In this document: piece by piece, positions 48,475 to 57,488 of the stretch
Numbering within the stretch: the stretch's first letter is position 1
Layout of the letters: each line of letters begins with the position of its first letter
Source: Spirochaetia bacterium
GTDB taxonomy: Bacteria; Spirochaetota; Spirochaetia; CADAEX01
Assembly (NCBI GenBank): GCA_963662265.2
Contig: CAXXHA010000001.1
Span: 32,001 to 96,000 of the forward strand
DNA length: 64,000 nucleotides
Direction: 5' to 3'
Made by a program: the position numbers and the translations under genes
The notes under the pieces: generated by a model
Seen by the model: the letters and a program-made list of their open reading frames with translations, nothing else
Databases searched by the model: none
Told to the model about the DNA's origin: nothing

Positions 48475-51400
48475 TTATTTCAGGGTCCTGCTGACCCGCC
48501 CGTAAAGGTCATGGTCAATGCTGTTATAGATTACAGGTGAATCAAGAGACATATTGTCGCTGCTGTAGGGAACAACGCTTTTTGCATAAGTACTGTTCTT
48601 CCATCCCGAATTGAGAAGGATCCATTTCATGTTGAGCTGTGCAAGCGGCTTTGTAAGTGTCTTATCCATAGTCACAGGATCACGCATTAAAGTATCATAA
48701 AGCTCTGATGACTGTGACAGATATACAAGAGATTTTGAATAGTATTCCTGGTTATGATTTTTCTCAGCAAGTTTAAAAAGGGTAACTCCCTGGTTGTTAT
48801 AAACCTGCATCAATTTTTCAAGAACTTCCCGCTGGTCCTTTCTTCTGTCAAGATCAAATACTTTTTCATGTTCCCGCCAGTATTCCATCTTTTCTATCAC
48901 ACGGTCATAGTAGGCCTTTGCAGGGGAGAAAACATCATAGTTGAATGAAGCATTGGCAAATGCAAACAGAGCAGCTTCATTTTCTCTCGCATTCAGCGAT
49001 ATGTCATAGAATTTTTCTGCTGCCTTGCTGTAGTTTCTGTTCTTGTAGTTGATAAACCCTATTTTATAATCAAGATTATCTGTTTTATACCCGGTATTAA
49101 ATGCCTTTGCATAATATTTAAGAGCTTCGTTGTATTTTCCCGCGTTATAATAATATACATCACCGAGATCCTCATATATATGACCGTAGGAAGCTGTATC
49201 ACCGGGAAGAGGATAATATTTTTCAAACCTGTCGACAGCTTTTTTATAATAACGCTGGGCATCCAGGATTTCATTATCATTATAATAGAATTTTCCGAGC
49301 CTGTTCTGGGTTAAAATATCCATACGGTTACGCTGGGAAACAGCATAGTTATATGAATGCGGATAATTATCGCGTATGTAACCCATATCTGTTTTATTCA
49401 AAAGATTTTCTATTGTACTCAAGGCTCTCCTTTCAAGATCTTTCTTTTCCATTCTGTTCCAGTATCTTGAAAGCTGATAGTGAGGTTCGATCAGGTTCTT
49501 GTCCTGGTTTGAAACAGAGATCAGTTTTTCTTCAACACCGTCAAGATTATCATGATCAATCATATACCTGTAATAATCTGCAATCATGTAGGAATCTGCA
49601 TATTTCTCTTTTATGTTTTCAACATAATTCCTGAATTCTCCAAGAATTGAATAATATTTTCTGGCATCAACAGATTTCGCTTCTCCTGCTTCAACATCGG
49701 AGAGTGCTTTTTCCTCTAAAATATTGATTTTACCGGAATGAAAATAATATGCCATTTTTCTGAAAATCAACCCCGGTTTGTTGCCGAATTTGGAAAGTGA
49801 ATCATTAAGAACATATTCTGCAGAATCAAACTGCTTGTTTTCCAGTTCCCCCCAGTTAAGGAAATTATCTATCCTGGCAAGGAGAGCTTCATAATCCCAC
49901 TTGTTTCCTTTCTGCAGGATAAAATCATCAAGAATCCTGTCACTTTCAGCATATTCACCCATATAGAATGTTTTTAAAACTGCAAAATCAAGAAATCCTT
50001 TCTTGTCGGTCGGGAAATAACCTGTATGCTGATCTTTCCGGCTTTTCTCCCGTTCACTGCTCAGCGCACGACCGAGCATTTCTGTATATTTCTGTTCGGC
50101 ACGTGTATATTCTCTCCTTTCAATATAACCTTCGGCATACCTGTAAAACTGTTTTTTAAACGGTTTCAGCCTGCTTGCCTTGTTAAACAGCCTGTCAGAT
50201 GCTTTGTAATTTTCATTTTCAAGCTGCTCAAACCCCCTGTTATAAAGATAGGATGAATAAACAGGATCATATACCTGCTTTTTAATGACAAAAACAGTAA
50301 AGAAAAGAGCTACTGTAAAAAGAGCAACCTTGCCTGCGTAAGGAAGAATCTGGTGCCTGAGAATATAGGCAAAAGTCTTTTTTTCCTCTTCAAGCTCTTC
50401 CCATGTTTTTCTTTCATACTGTGAAGGGATTCTTATTTTTCTGCCGGTGATTTTTTCAGCAAGACCTGCTATTTCCTTTACAGATGCACCTGTTGCAAGT
50501 TTATCCACAAGGTTATTGAGCCTTTTACCGGATAGTCCCTTGTTGCCGATTAAATCTTCGATAGTAAGTTTCAGGTTTCTCGGCAGCTGATTAAGAGTAT
50601 CTGTTACACGTCCGAGTTTCTCCTGATCTATGCTGAACTCAAGGTCTTCTTCTGCAGTCTCGGGAACAGCGTAATCCTGTCCGCCTGAAAAATCACCCGC
50701 CCCCGGGCTTTCAGGAATTATTTCCTCTTCTATCTCTTCAAGACTTGAATATTCCTCGCCAAGGTCTTCAAGGCTGAATTCATCAGCCTCTCCAGCTGAG
50801 GCTTCAGGAGCAGCGCTGATATCTCCGACATCTTCAAGATCTCCAAGATCTTCAAGACTGCCAAGGCTGTCTTCCCCTTCCAGATCATCATCAGGAGTTA
50901 TTTCAAATTCATCATCAAGGGATATATCTTCTAGCGAGCCGAGATCAAACTCTTCATCTGATTCAGCAGCCGGTTCTGCCTGGGGAAGTTCTGCGGATTC
51001 TTCCGCAGCTGTTTCAGGTTCCAGATCTGCATCAAGGTCCTCGGGAAGGTCAAAATCTTCAAATTCGGAAACATCATCCTGAGACTCCTCTGAAATATCA
51101 GGAATTTCAAAATCTTCAGTTTCACTTTCAAAACTTTCAATATCTGTATCGCCCCTTCCTTCGGCAGGTTCAGGCGGCATTTCGAATTCTTCATCAATTC
51201 CGGCATCCTGGGGAACTTCATCAAAAACAGGTTCTTCTGCTAAATCTGCTGTCTCTGCTCCATCATCAAGGTCATCAGGGAGATCAAAGGCTTCCAGTTC
51301 ACCAGCATCAAAATCAAGCCCTTCATCAAACTCATCTGAAACAGCTTCCTCCCCTTCCAGCAGTGAAAAATCTGAATCAGGAACATCAGTCATACCGGAA

Positions 51401-52224
51401 AAATCATCAGCAGAAGACTCATCGAAAGGCGGCGCAGCTTCATCCGGGGTTATAATATCATCAGGCATCAAATCTTCCGAAGTTTCTTCAGAAGAAATCA
51501 CATCTGCCTGTTCTGAATCAATATCAGGAATTGAAAAATCCTCACCAAGATCTGATATATCAAAATCTCCGGCTTCGGAAGGCTCAATATTACCGAAATC
51601 TTCTATAGTTCCGCCGATTTCCTCAGCTGATTCTTCAGGAGCTGCAAATTCCTCAGATGACGGAATATCAAAACTCTCCGGTTCAATATCACCGATATCA
51701 GAAGTGTCTGAAATTAAATCCTCATCAAGATCAAGATCTTCAGGCATATCAAACATACCCGACATATCTTCTGATAAGTCTTCAGAAGCTTCACCTTCAG
51801 CAGTTTCTGGTAATTCTTCAAGATCCGGAAGTGAAAAATCCTCTTCAGCTGTTTCAGCAACAAGCTCATCAGACATTAGATCGCTTTCAATATCAGATTC
51901 AGAACTTTCAAACATTGAATCAAGATCAGGAATACTGCCGGTTTCATCGAAAGCAGAAGTCTCAGGACCTGTTTCACCTTCATCGGGCAAAGATCCAAGA
52001 TCAGTATCAAAAACATCGGGAGATTCGCCTTCACCGGGAATTACATCAGAAGATTCAGCAACATCTGAGATATCATTGAGAAGGGCAGAAATATCATCAG
52101 GCACACCCTGTTCAGGAGGGGGTATATCTACAATTTTCTCCCCGCGCTCAGCAAGTATCTGCTCTTCGTTTCCCAGTGAGTTAATTTGTCTTTTAAACTG
52201 CTCAATATCTTCTAACTTAGGCAT
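48475..52224 (-). CDS. flcA: Periplasmic flagellar collar protein FlcA-like
   Basis: MPKLEDIEQFK..I.SLGNE start, very long acidic low-complexity region, LPRNLK..IE.LI, single TM, then TPR repeats; architecture typical of spirochetes. Confidence 0.75.
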   Translation of the reverse strand: MPKLEDIEQFKRQINSLGNEEQILAERGEKIVDIPPPEQGVPDDISALLNDISDVAESSDVIPGEGESPDVFDTDLGSLPDEGETGPETSAFDETGSIPDLDSMFESSESDIESDLMSDELVAETAEEDFSLPDLEELPETAEGEASEDLSEDMSGMFDMPEDLDLDEDLISDTSDIGDIEPESFDIPSSEEFAAPEESAEEIGGTIEDFGNIEPSEAGDFDISDLGEDFSIPDIDSEQADVISSEETSEDLMPDDIITPDEAAPPFDESSADDFSGMTDVPDSDFSLLEGEEAVSDEFDEGLDFDAGELEAFDLPDDLDDGAETADLAEEPVFDEVPQDAGIDEEFEMPPEPAEGRGDTDIESFESETEDFEIPDISEESQDDVSEFEDFDLPEDLDADLEPETAAEESAELPQAEPAAESDEEFDLGSLEDISLDDEFEITPDDDLEGEDSLGSLEDLGDLEDVGDISAAPEASAGEADEFSLEDLGEEYSSLEEIEEEIIPESPGAGDFSGGQDYAVPETAEEDLEFSIDQEKLGRVTDTLNQLPRNLKLTIEDLIGNKGLSGKRLNNLVDKLATGASVKEIAGLAEKITGRKIRIPSQYERKTWEELEEEKKTFAYILRHQILPYAGKVALFTVALFFTVFVIKKQVYDPVYSSYLYNRGFEQLENENYKASDRLFNKASRLKPFKKQFYRYAEGYIERREYTRAEQKYTEMLGRALSSEREKSRKDQHTGYFPTDKKGFLDFAVLKTFYMGEYAESDRILDDFILQKGNKWDYEALLARIDNFLNWGELENKQFDSAEYVLNDSLSKFGNKPGLIFRKMAYYFHSGKINILEEKALSDVEAGEAKSVDARKYYSILGEFRNYVENIKEKYADSYMIADYYRYMIDHDNLDGVEEKLISVSNQDKNLIEPHYQLSRYWNRMEKKDLERRALSTIENLLNKTDMGYIRDNYPHSYNYAVSQRNRMDILTQNRLGKFYYNDNEILDAQRYYKKAVDRFEKYYPLPGDTASYGHIYEDLGDVYYYNAGKYNEALKYYAKAFNTGYKTDNLDYKIGFINYKNRNYSKAAEKFYDISLNARENEAALFAFANASFNYDVFSPAKAYYDRVIEKMEYWREHEKVFDLDRRKDQREVLEKLMQVYNNQGVTLFKLAEKNHNQEYYSKSLVYLSQSSELYDTLMRDPVTMDKTLTKPLAQLNMKWILLNSGWKNSTYAKSVVPYSSDNMSLDSPVIYNSIDHDLYGRVSRTLK

Positions 52225-52512
52225 AAATCCCTTATTCAGAATGTCGGAAAAGTGGGAATACTTACTTAGGCCGAAATTCCTAATTTTGTTATTTTATGCA
52301 ATTTTTTTACTTCATATCGAAAATATAAATTGTTATTACAAACCGCAGTATATTTTTACCCGGATAAAATTATTATTTCCAATTATAAAACAGGTAAAAC
52401 AAATACAAACTGCCGGCTCAGTTAAACTCTATACTATTTTAATAAATAAAAAAAGCTTAAAAACAATAGCGTGATCAGATGTTTATTATTGAGAACGCTG
52501 TATATGGTTATT

Positions 52513-52543
52513 AAAAAAGCGGTATTCAGGTGAATACCGCTTT
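52513..52543 (-). terminator. Intrinsic terminator of candidate sRNA
   Basis: AAAGCGGTATTCA-GG-TGAATACCGCTTT with U6 on the minus strand. Confidence 0.75.
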
Positions 52544-52686
52544 ATGAAAAAACAGGAAGTTTAATGTCTTACATTCAGCGTTTATGACGGATAAAAGCTG
52601 AATACTCTGTGTATCCCAATACACATCAATTAATAGGAGTGTGATGAGTCTAACTTTAGTTATCTATTAAAGTTAGACTCATCTAA
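52513..52686 (-). ncRNA. Candidate metal-repressed small RNA (~170 nt)
   Basis: Metal box at the 5' end, three hairpins, anti-SD single-stranded linkers, own terminator, no ORF on the minus strand. Confidence 0.55.
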
Positions 52687-52688
52687 TA
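52671..52688. promoter_or_regulatory. DtxR-type box outside the island
   Basis: AGTTAG-ACTCAT-CTAATA; possible promoter TTGCTT (52714-52719, minus), 17 bp spacer, TGn-GATATT. Confidence 0.65.
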
Positions 52689-52707
52689 AGAATATCGCAT
52701 TATTATA

Positions 52708-52747
52708 AAAAAAAAGCAAGCCGGAAAAACAAATTCCCGGCTTTTTT
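52708..52747. terminator. Terminator of coaX-pdxST (possibly bidirectional)
   Basis: AAGCCGG...CCGGCTT flanked by A- and T-tracts. Confidence 0.7.
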
Positions 52748-52764
52748 ATTAAATATTTCAATAA

Positions 52765-53340
52765 TCAGTATACAACTTCATTGAAAAAATATCTGTGAAG
52801 AGAATTATCATCTGTAAGCTCGGGATGAAAACTCGCTGCCAGTACATTTTTTTCCCGGAAAATTACTGCCTGCCTTTTTAAATACCCAAGCTTATCAACA
52901 TGCTTTCCCACACCTGTTACTTTAGGGGCTCGGATAAAAATCCCCCTTAAAATTCCGCTGCCTGACAAGGGTGTAGAAATTTCAGCATGAAAACTGTCCT
53001 TCTGCCTGCCGTAGCTGTTTCTCTCAACCTCAATATCAATAAGTCCAAGCGGTTTGAACGGGAGCCTGTCTGCATCCCTTGAAGCAATAATAAGCCCCGC
53101 ACATGTACCGAAATAGGGCAGGCCTGTTATAACAGCATCAGAAAGATATTCTCGCAATCCCCTCCTTTCCAAAAGACGGAGCATGACAGTGCTTTCCCCG
53201 CCGGGAACTATTATTGATGAAATATGATTAAAATCAGACCGGTTTTTAACCAGTCTGACCTTATAACCAAGTTTGCTGCAAACCTGCTCATGCTTTTCAA
53301 ATCCCCCCTGTAGGGCAAGTATTCCCGCAGTATGAGACAT
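52765..53340 (-). CDS. pdxT: PLP synthase glutaminase subunit
   Basis: GILALQG, PGGEST, GTCAG, RNSYGRQ, FIRAP, FHPELT. Confidence 0.95.
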   Translation of the reverse strand: MSHTAGILALQGGFEKHEQVCSKLGYKVRLVKNRSDFNHISSIIVPGGESTVMLRLLERRGLREYLSDAVITGLPYFGTCAGLIIASRDADRLPFKPLGLIDIEVERNSYGRQKDSFHAEISTPLSGSGILRGIFIRAPKVTGVGKHVDKLGYLKRQAVIFREKNVLAASFHPELTDDNSLHRYFFNEVVY

Positions 53341-53343
53341 AGG

Positions 53344-54252
53344 CTACCATCCGCGTACAGACATCTTCTGCTGTGGAATCAGCTCATCACAGTTTATTCC
53401 TGTCATCGGAACTCCGAGTGATTCTGATACTTCAGCAAGTCTGAAAGGATCATCATAACAAGTTACAGCTTCGACTATTGCCTTTGCCCTCTTTTCAGGA
53501 TTGGATGACTTGAAAATACCTGATCCGACAAAAACAGATTCAGCCCCGAGATGCATCATAAGCGCAGCATCTGCAGGTGTTGCAACACCGCCTGCGGAAA
53601 AATTAGGCACAGGAAGCTTGCCTTTCTGTGCCACTTCAAGTACCAGCTCGTAGGGAGAGCCTATTTCTTTTGCTGCTGTCATCAGAGACTCCCTGGGAAG
53701 AGCTGCTATCCGCCTGATATCTTCCTTCAAAGTCCTCATATGCCTTACTGCTTCAACTATATCGCCTGTTCCGGGTTCACCCTTTGTCCTTATAAGGGCA
53801 GCTCCTTCACCTATACGCCTCAGAGCCTCGCCAAGGTTTCGACAGCCACATACAAAAGGTACTTTAAAGCGGGATTTATCAACATGATACAAGTCATCGG
53901 CAGGGGTGAGAACTTCGCTTTCATCGACAAAATCAATTTCAAGAGCCTCAAGAATCATGGCTTCAGCAAAATGCCCGATCCGGCATTTTGCCATTACAGG
54001 AATTGATACTGCATCCTGAATACCTTTAATCATTGCGGGGTCTGACATTCTGGAAACACCGCCGGCTGCACGTATATCTGCGGGAACTCTTTCAAGCGCC
54101 ATAACTGCGCAGGCACCTGCATCCTCGGCAATTTTTGCCTGATCAGGAGTAACAACATCCATTATTACCCCCCCTTTCAGCATTTCAGCAAGGCCCAGGT
54201 TTACTCTCCATCTTTCCGGCTGCCTGTCTGACCAGTACTCTTTTTTTTCCAT
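53344..54252 (-). CDS. pdxS: PLP synthase lyase subunit
   Basis: [40 protein letters not shown]. Confidence 0.97.
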   Translation of the reverse strand: MEKKEYWSDRQPERWRVNLGLAEMLKGGVIMDVVTPDQAKIAEDAGACAVMALERVPADIRAAGGVSRMSDPAMIKGIQDAVSIPVMAKCRIGHFAEAMILEALEIDFVDESEVLTPADDLYHVDKSRFKVPFVCGCRNLGEALRRIGEGAALIRTKGEPGTGDIVEAVRHMRTLKEDIRRIAALPRESLMTAAKEIGSPYELVLEVAQKGKLPVPNFSAGGVATPADAALMMHLGAESVFVGSGIFKSSNPEKRAKAIVEAVTCYDDPFRLAEVSESLGVPMTGINCDELIPQQKMSVRGW

Positions 54253-55037
54253 CTGTTTTTCTCCTCTTTTCTGTTTAACACTAACGCCTGATAAACACCG
54301 AGAAGAACAAGGTCGGGGATTATAACATCAAAAACATCTTCACGCTTGTAGAGCCCTGCATAATTACCTGTCGCAATAACAACCGGCATGCTTTCAGGAA
54401 ACAGTTCAGATATAAACCTGTTTTTAATTTCCTTGATCATACCGAGGTTGCTGAAATAGAGCCCCGACTGGATACCTTCAACTGTTGATTTGCCGCAGAC
54501 CGACTTGGGCCTTACAATTTCAACCTCGGGAAGCCTTGCTGTTTTCTTTGACATTGCTTCCATCGATATTTTCAGTCCGGGAAGGAGAACTCCCCCCAGG
54601 TATTCACTGTTTGCCGATACACCGCAAACAGTGGTTGCAGTCCCGAAATCATAAATAATAATATTTCTGCCGGGATACATGTTAACAGCTGCAATAGCAT
54701 TTGCAACCCTGTCTGATCCTACCTCTCTGGGCTGTGAATAACGGATCTTTAGTCCTGCCTTTACACCGGCCTGCAGCTGAAAAGGTTCTATATTAAAATA
54801 CCTTCTGCAGCATGAAAGCATGACCTGAATAAGTTCCGGGACTACGGAACAGAACCCTATATCAGAGATTTCTGACGGGTTATATCCGTTTTCCCTCAGG
54901 ATAGCAGTAAAAAAAAGACCAAGTTCATCAGAAGAGATAGCTTCATTGCTGACTCTGTGGAAGTCCAGACACAGCTTACCATCATTAAAGAGTCCTCCAA
55001 AAACCTGGGTATTTCCAATATCAATACACAAAATCAT
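54201..55037 (-). CDS. coaX: Type III pantothenate kinase
   Basis: [31 protein letters not shown]. Confidence 0.92.
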   Translation of the reverse strand: MILCIDIGNTQVFGGLFNDGKLCLDFHRVSNEAISSDELGLFFTAILRENGYNPSEISDIGFCSVVPELIQVMLSCCRRYFNIEPFQLQAGVKAGLKIRYSQPREVGSDRVANAIAAVNMYPGRNIIIYDFGTATTVCGVSANSEYLGGVLLPGLKISMEAMSKKTARLPEVEIVRPKSVCGKSTVEGIQSGLYFSNLGMIKEIKNRFISELFPESMPVVIATGNYAGLYKREDVFDVIIPDLVLLGVYQALVLNRKEEKNRWKKKSTGQTGSRKDGE

Positions 55038-55099
55038 AGATTCTCCTTTTAAAACGGGTCAGAATAATAAATGTCCGGTTTTCTCTGTTTTTTCCCAAA

Positions 55100-55196
55100 C
55101 GGTACCTGTCCTCCAATCAAGATCAAGTCCGGTAAAACAAAATAAAAATAATTCCAGCTGTCACATTCTCCTGTAAACAGAGATATGTGCAGTCTG
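55100..55196 (-). ncRNA. pan RNA motif-like cis-regulatory element (two hairpins with opposed bulged A's)
   Basis: CUG-CACAU-A-UCUC.../...GAGA-AUGUG-A-CAG and CGG-ACUUG-A-UCUU/AGGA-CAGGU-A-CCG; promoter TTGACC (55225-55230), 17 bp, TAAAGT directly upstream. Confidence 0.7.
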
Positions 55197-55397
55197 ATAA
55201 AACTTTAATAAGTATATTATGAAAGGTCAAGAAGGTGACTGGAAAGATTCAGTTCCTGATTTCCGGCACTTTTTTCATATCAGAAAAAATCTGATAAAAC
55301 CTTTTTAAAATACAGAGAACTGCCTGAGCCGTAAATATCCCGCAAATTATATATGATAAAAATCAAGCCCTGTCATATTTCAGCCGAAAAAAAGAAT

Positions 55398-56096
55398 ATG
55401 AAGAGATTTCTCACAGGACTCGCTGCATTTACAGTATTGCTTGTGTTGCCTCTAACAGCAGGTGCAATAGAACTTGAAGGATATAATATAAACAAGAAAC
55501 TCATTAATCTTGATAAATCAGGTCCTCCGGATCTTGTTGACAATTATATTATATTTTCTCTTGAAAGCAATGATAAACCTGCATTTGTCGGGGCTGCATT
55601 TGATTTTGAAAACTATACAAAAATCCACCAGTACAAAAGAACACATGAGGGAATATATTATCTTGTGATCAATAAACCCGATGTAAGTGAAATAAAATAC
55701 AGGGTAATAGTTGACGGAATCTGGCAGGCAGACCCCCATTCAGTCCATATTCTTAAAAAACCGAACGGTGTGGAAATTTCATTATACAAACTCCCGGAAA
55801 TTCCTGACAATGAAGCTGTATATCCCTATACCGAGGATCATTACACATACTTCTACCACAGGGGAAATCCGGGCAGCAGCGTATATCTTTCAGGAAGCTT
55901 CAACAACTGGGATCCTTTCATGTATTATATGAAGGAAAAAAAACCGGGTGAGTACTATATAAGACTCAGGCTGAACCCGGGACAGCATCATTATTATTTC
56001 ATTGAAAACGGCGTTAAAATTTCCGACAGGAGAAACCCTGAACTTGTCTGGGATGCTGATTTTGACGAAATATCAGTTTTTTCAATAGAAAAATAA
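55398..56096 (+). CDS. Exported glycogen-binding (CBM48/isoamylase early set) protein
   Basis: Signal peptide MKRFLTG..., YRVIVDGIWQADP, VYLSGSFNNWDPF. Confidence 0.75.
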   Translation: MKRFLTGLAAFTVLLVLPLTAGAIELEGYNINKKLINLDKSGPPDLVDNYIIFSLESNDKPAFVGAAFDFENYTKIHQYKRTHEGIYYLVINKPDVSEIKYRVIVDGIWQADPHSVHILKKPNGVEISLYKLPEIPDNEAVYPYTEDHYTYFYHRGNPGSSVYLSGSFNNWDPFMYYMKEKKPGEYYIRLRLNPGQHHYYFIENGVKISDRRNPELVWDADFDEISVFSIEK

Positions 56097-56248
56097 TCGC
56101 CTCATCTCTCTTATCTTTAGAGCAGGGTATTCTGTGTAAGCGTCCTGCAACCGGTGATTTTCCAAGCTACCCGCCCCTGCATACTGCTTACTTCACTCAC
56201 CCCTCTTAATAAGCTATAATAGACAAAAATCAATTCAGGAGTAATTTT

Positions 56249-57211
56249 ATCAAAGTATTAATCATCGGCGGAGCCGGATATATAGGATCACATGTAGCAA
56301 GAAAATTTCTTGACAATAACCACTCAGTAACTGTTTTTGATAATTTCTCATCAGGATGCAGGGAGAATATATTTGAGGATGAAACTCTTATGGAAGGAGA
56401 TATCCTGAATACAGATGATCTTGATTCTGTCATGAAAGAGGGATTTGACGGAATAATACATCTTGCGGCATTCAAGGCAGCAGGAGAATCAATGATAAAG
56501 CCGGAAAAATATTCAGTTAACAATATTACAGGGACAATAAATATACTCAACTCGGCAGTAAAAGCCGGGATAAAAAACATAGTTTTTTCATCTTCAGCAG
56601 CAATTTACGGGGAACCTGCCTATCTCCCTATAGATGAAGAACATCCAAAAAACCCTGAAAACTACTACGGGTTCACAAAACTGGAAATTGAAGGATTTCT
56701 CGAATGGTACGACAGGCTGAAGGGGCTAAAATATGCATCGCTCCGGTATTTCAATGCAGCAGGTTATGACATAAACGGAAAAATAAAAGGGCTTGAGAAA
56801 AACCCTGCAAACCTGCTGCCTGTGATAATGGAAGTTGCATGCGGAATGAGGGAGCAGCTTGAAGTATTCGGCAATGACTACCCTACCCCGGACGGGACCT
56901 GTATAAGGGATTATATCCATGTTACAGACCTTGCAGAGGGACACCTCAAGGCAATGGAATATATTGCAGAGAAAAAAGAAAGCATAAAAGTAAACCTTGG
57001 AAGCGAAAGCGGGATAAGCGTCACTGAAATGCTTGAGTCAGCAAGAAAAATAACCGGAAAAGAAATCAAGTCCAAAATATCTGGAAGAAGAGCAGGAGAT
57101 CCGGTAAAACTGATAGCAAAATCCGTCCTTGCGGAAAAAATACTCGGATGGAAAGCAGAGTACTCTGATGTTGATACTCTTATCAGGACTTCATGGGAAG
57201 TCTATAAATAA
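56249..57211 (+). CDS. galE: UDP-glucose 4-epimerase (apparent ATC start codon)
   Basis: AGGAG-7 nt-ATC AAA GTA TTA ATC ATC GGC GGA GCC GGA TAT = (M)KVLIIGGAGYIGSH; YGFTK, LRYFNAAG, DGTCIRDYIHV. Confidence 0.92.
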   Translation: MKVLIIGGAGYIGSHVARKFLDNNHSVTVFDNFSSGCRENIFEDETLMEGDILNTDDLDSVMKEGFDGIIHLAAFKAAGESMIKPEKYSVNNITGTINILNSAVKAGIKNIVFSSSAAIYGEPAYLPIDEEHPKNPENYYGFTKLEIEGFLEWYDRLKGLKYASLRYFNAAGYDINGKIKGLEKNPANLLPVIMEVACGMREQLEVFGNDYPTPDGTCIRDYIHVTDLAEGHLKAMEYIAEKKESIKVNLGSESGISVTEMLESARKITGKEIKSKISGRRAGDPVKLIAKSVLAEKILGWKAEYSDVDTLIRTSWEVYK

Positions 57212-57280
57212 ACATTCAGAATAAATATGCCGGAACAGTCTTTCGGCAGGCAGCGAAATAAAACTGTAAACCAATATCAG

Positions 57281-57322
57281 AAAAATCCCGGATCACAGAT
57301 TGTGAATACCGGGATTTTTTTT
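57281..57322 (+). terminator. Terminator after galE
   Basis: AAAATCCCGG...CCGGGATTTTTTT. Confidence 0.7.
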
Positions 57323-57488
57323 ATCCGGATTTATATTATATACCTGGAAACAAACAATCCCCCTTTCAACTCATAACTCCAAATTAGACTTTATATTTTA
57401 TCAATAAACTGAAGTTATCAAAAAAAGATTAAATAATTTGATTTAAGCCTATCTATAAACTACAATAATTGCAGGAGGATAACTTTAA

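Noticed and set aside
50640-52080. Repetitive TCATC/TCTTC-rich DNA resembling a tandem repeat or array
   Set aside because: Codon bias of the Asp/Glu-rich FlcA linker; no fixed period and no repeat-spacer structure.
52266-52283. TTAGG-N8-CCTAA upstream of flcA as another metal box
   Set aside because: Spacing (N10 between TTAG and CTAA) does not fit the N6 consensus; may be a small leader hairpin.
52544-52670. Plus-strand mini-ORFs (MKKQEV, and RBS-preceded MSYIQRL and MSLTLVIY)
   Set aside because: Only 6-8 codons with no evident plus-strand promoter. The U-tailed terminator and box position favour a minus-strand RNA whose antisense seeds create these look-alikes. Not fully excluded.
17638-57322. 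Recurring CCGG-stem hairpins (17638, 36858, 39311, 46253, 52718, 57286) as a REP/MITE family
   Set aside because: Loops and flanks differ and all lie at gene 3' ends; adequately explained as terminators.
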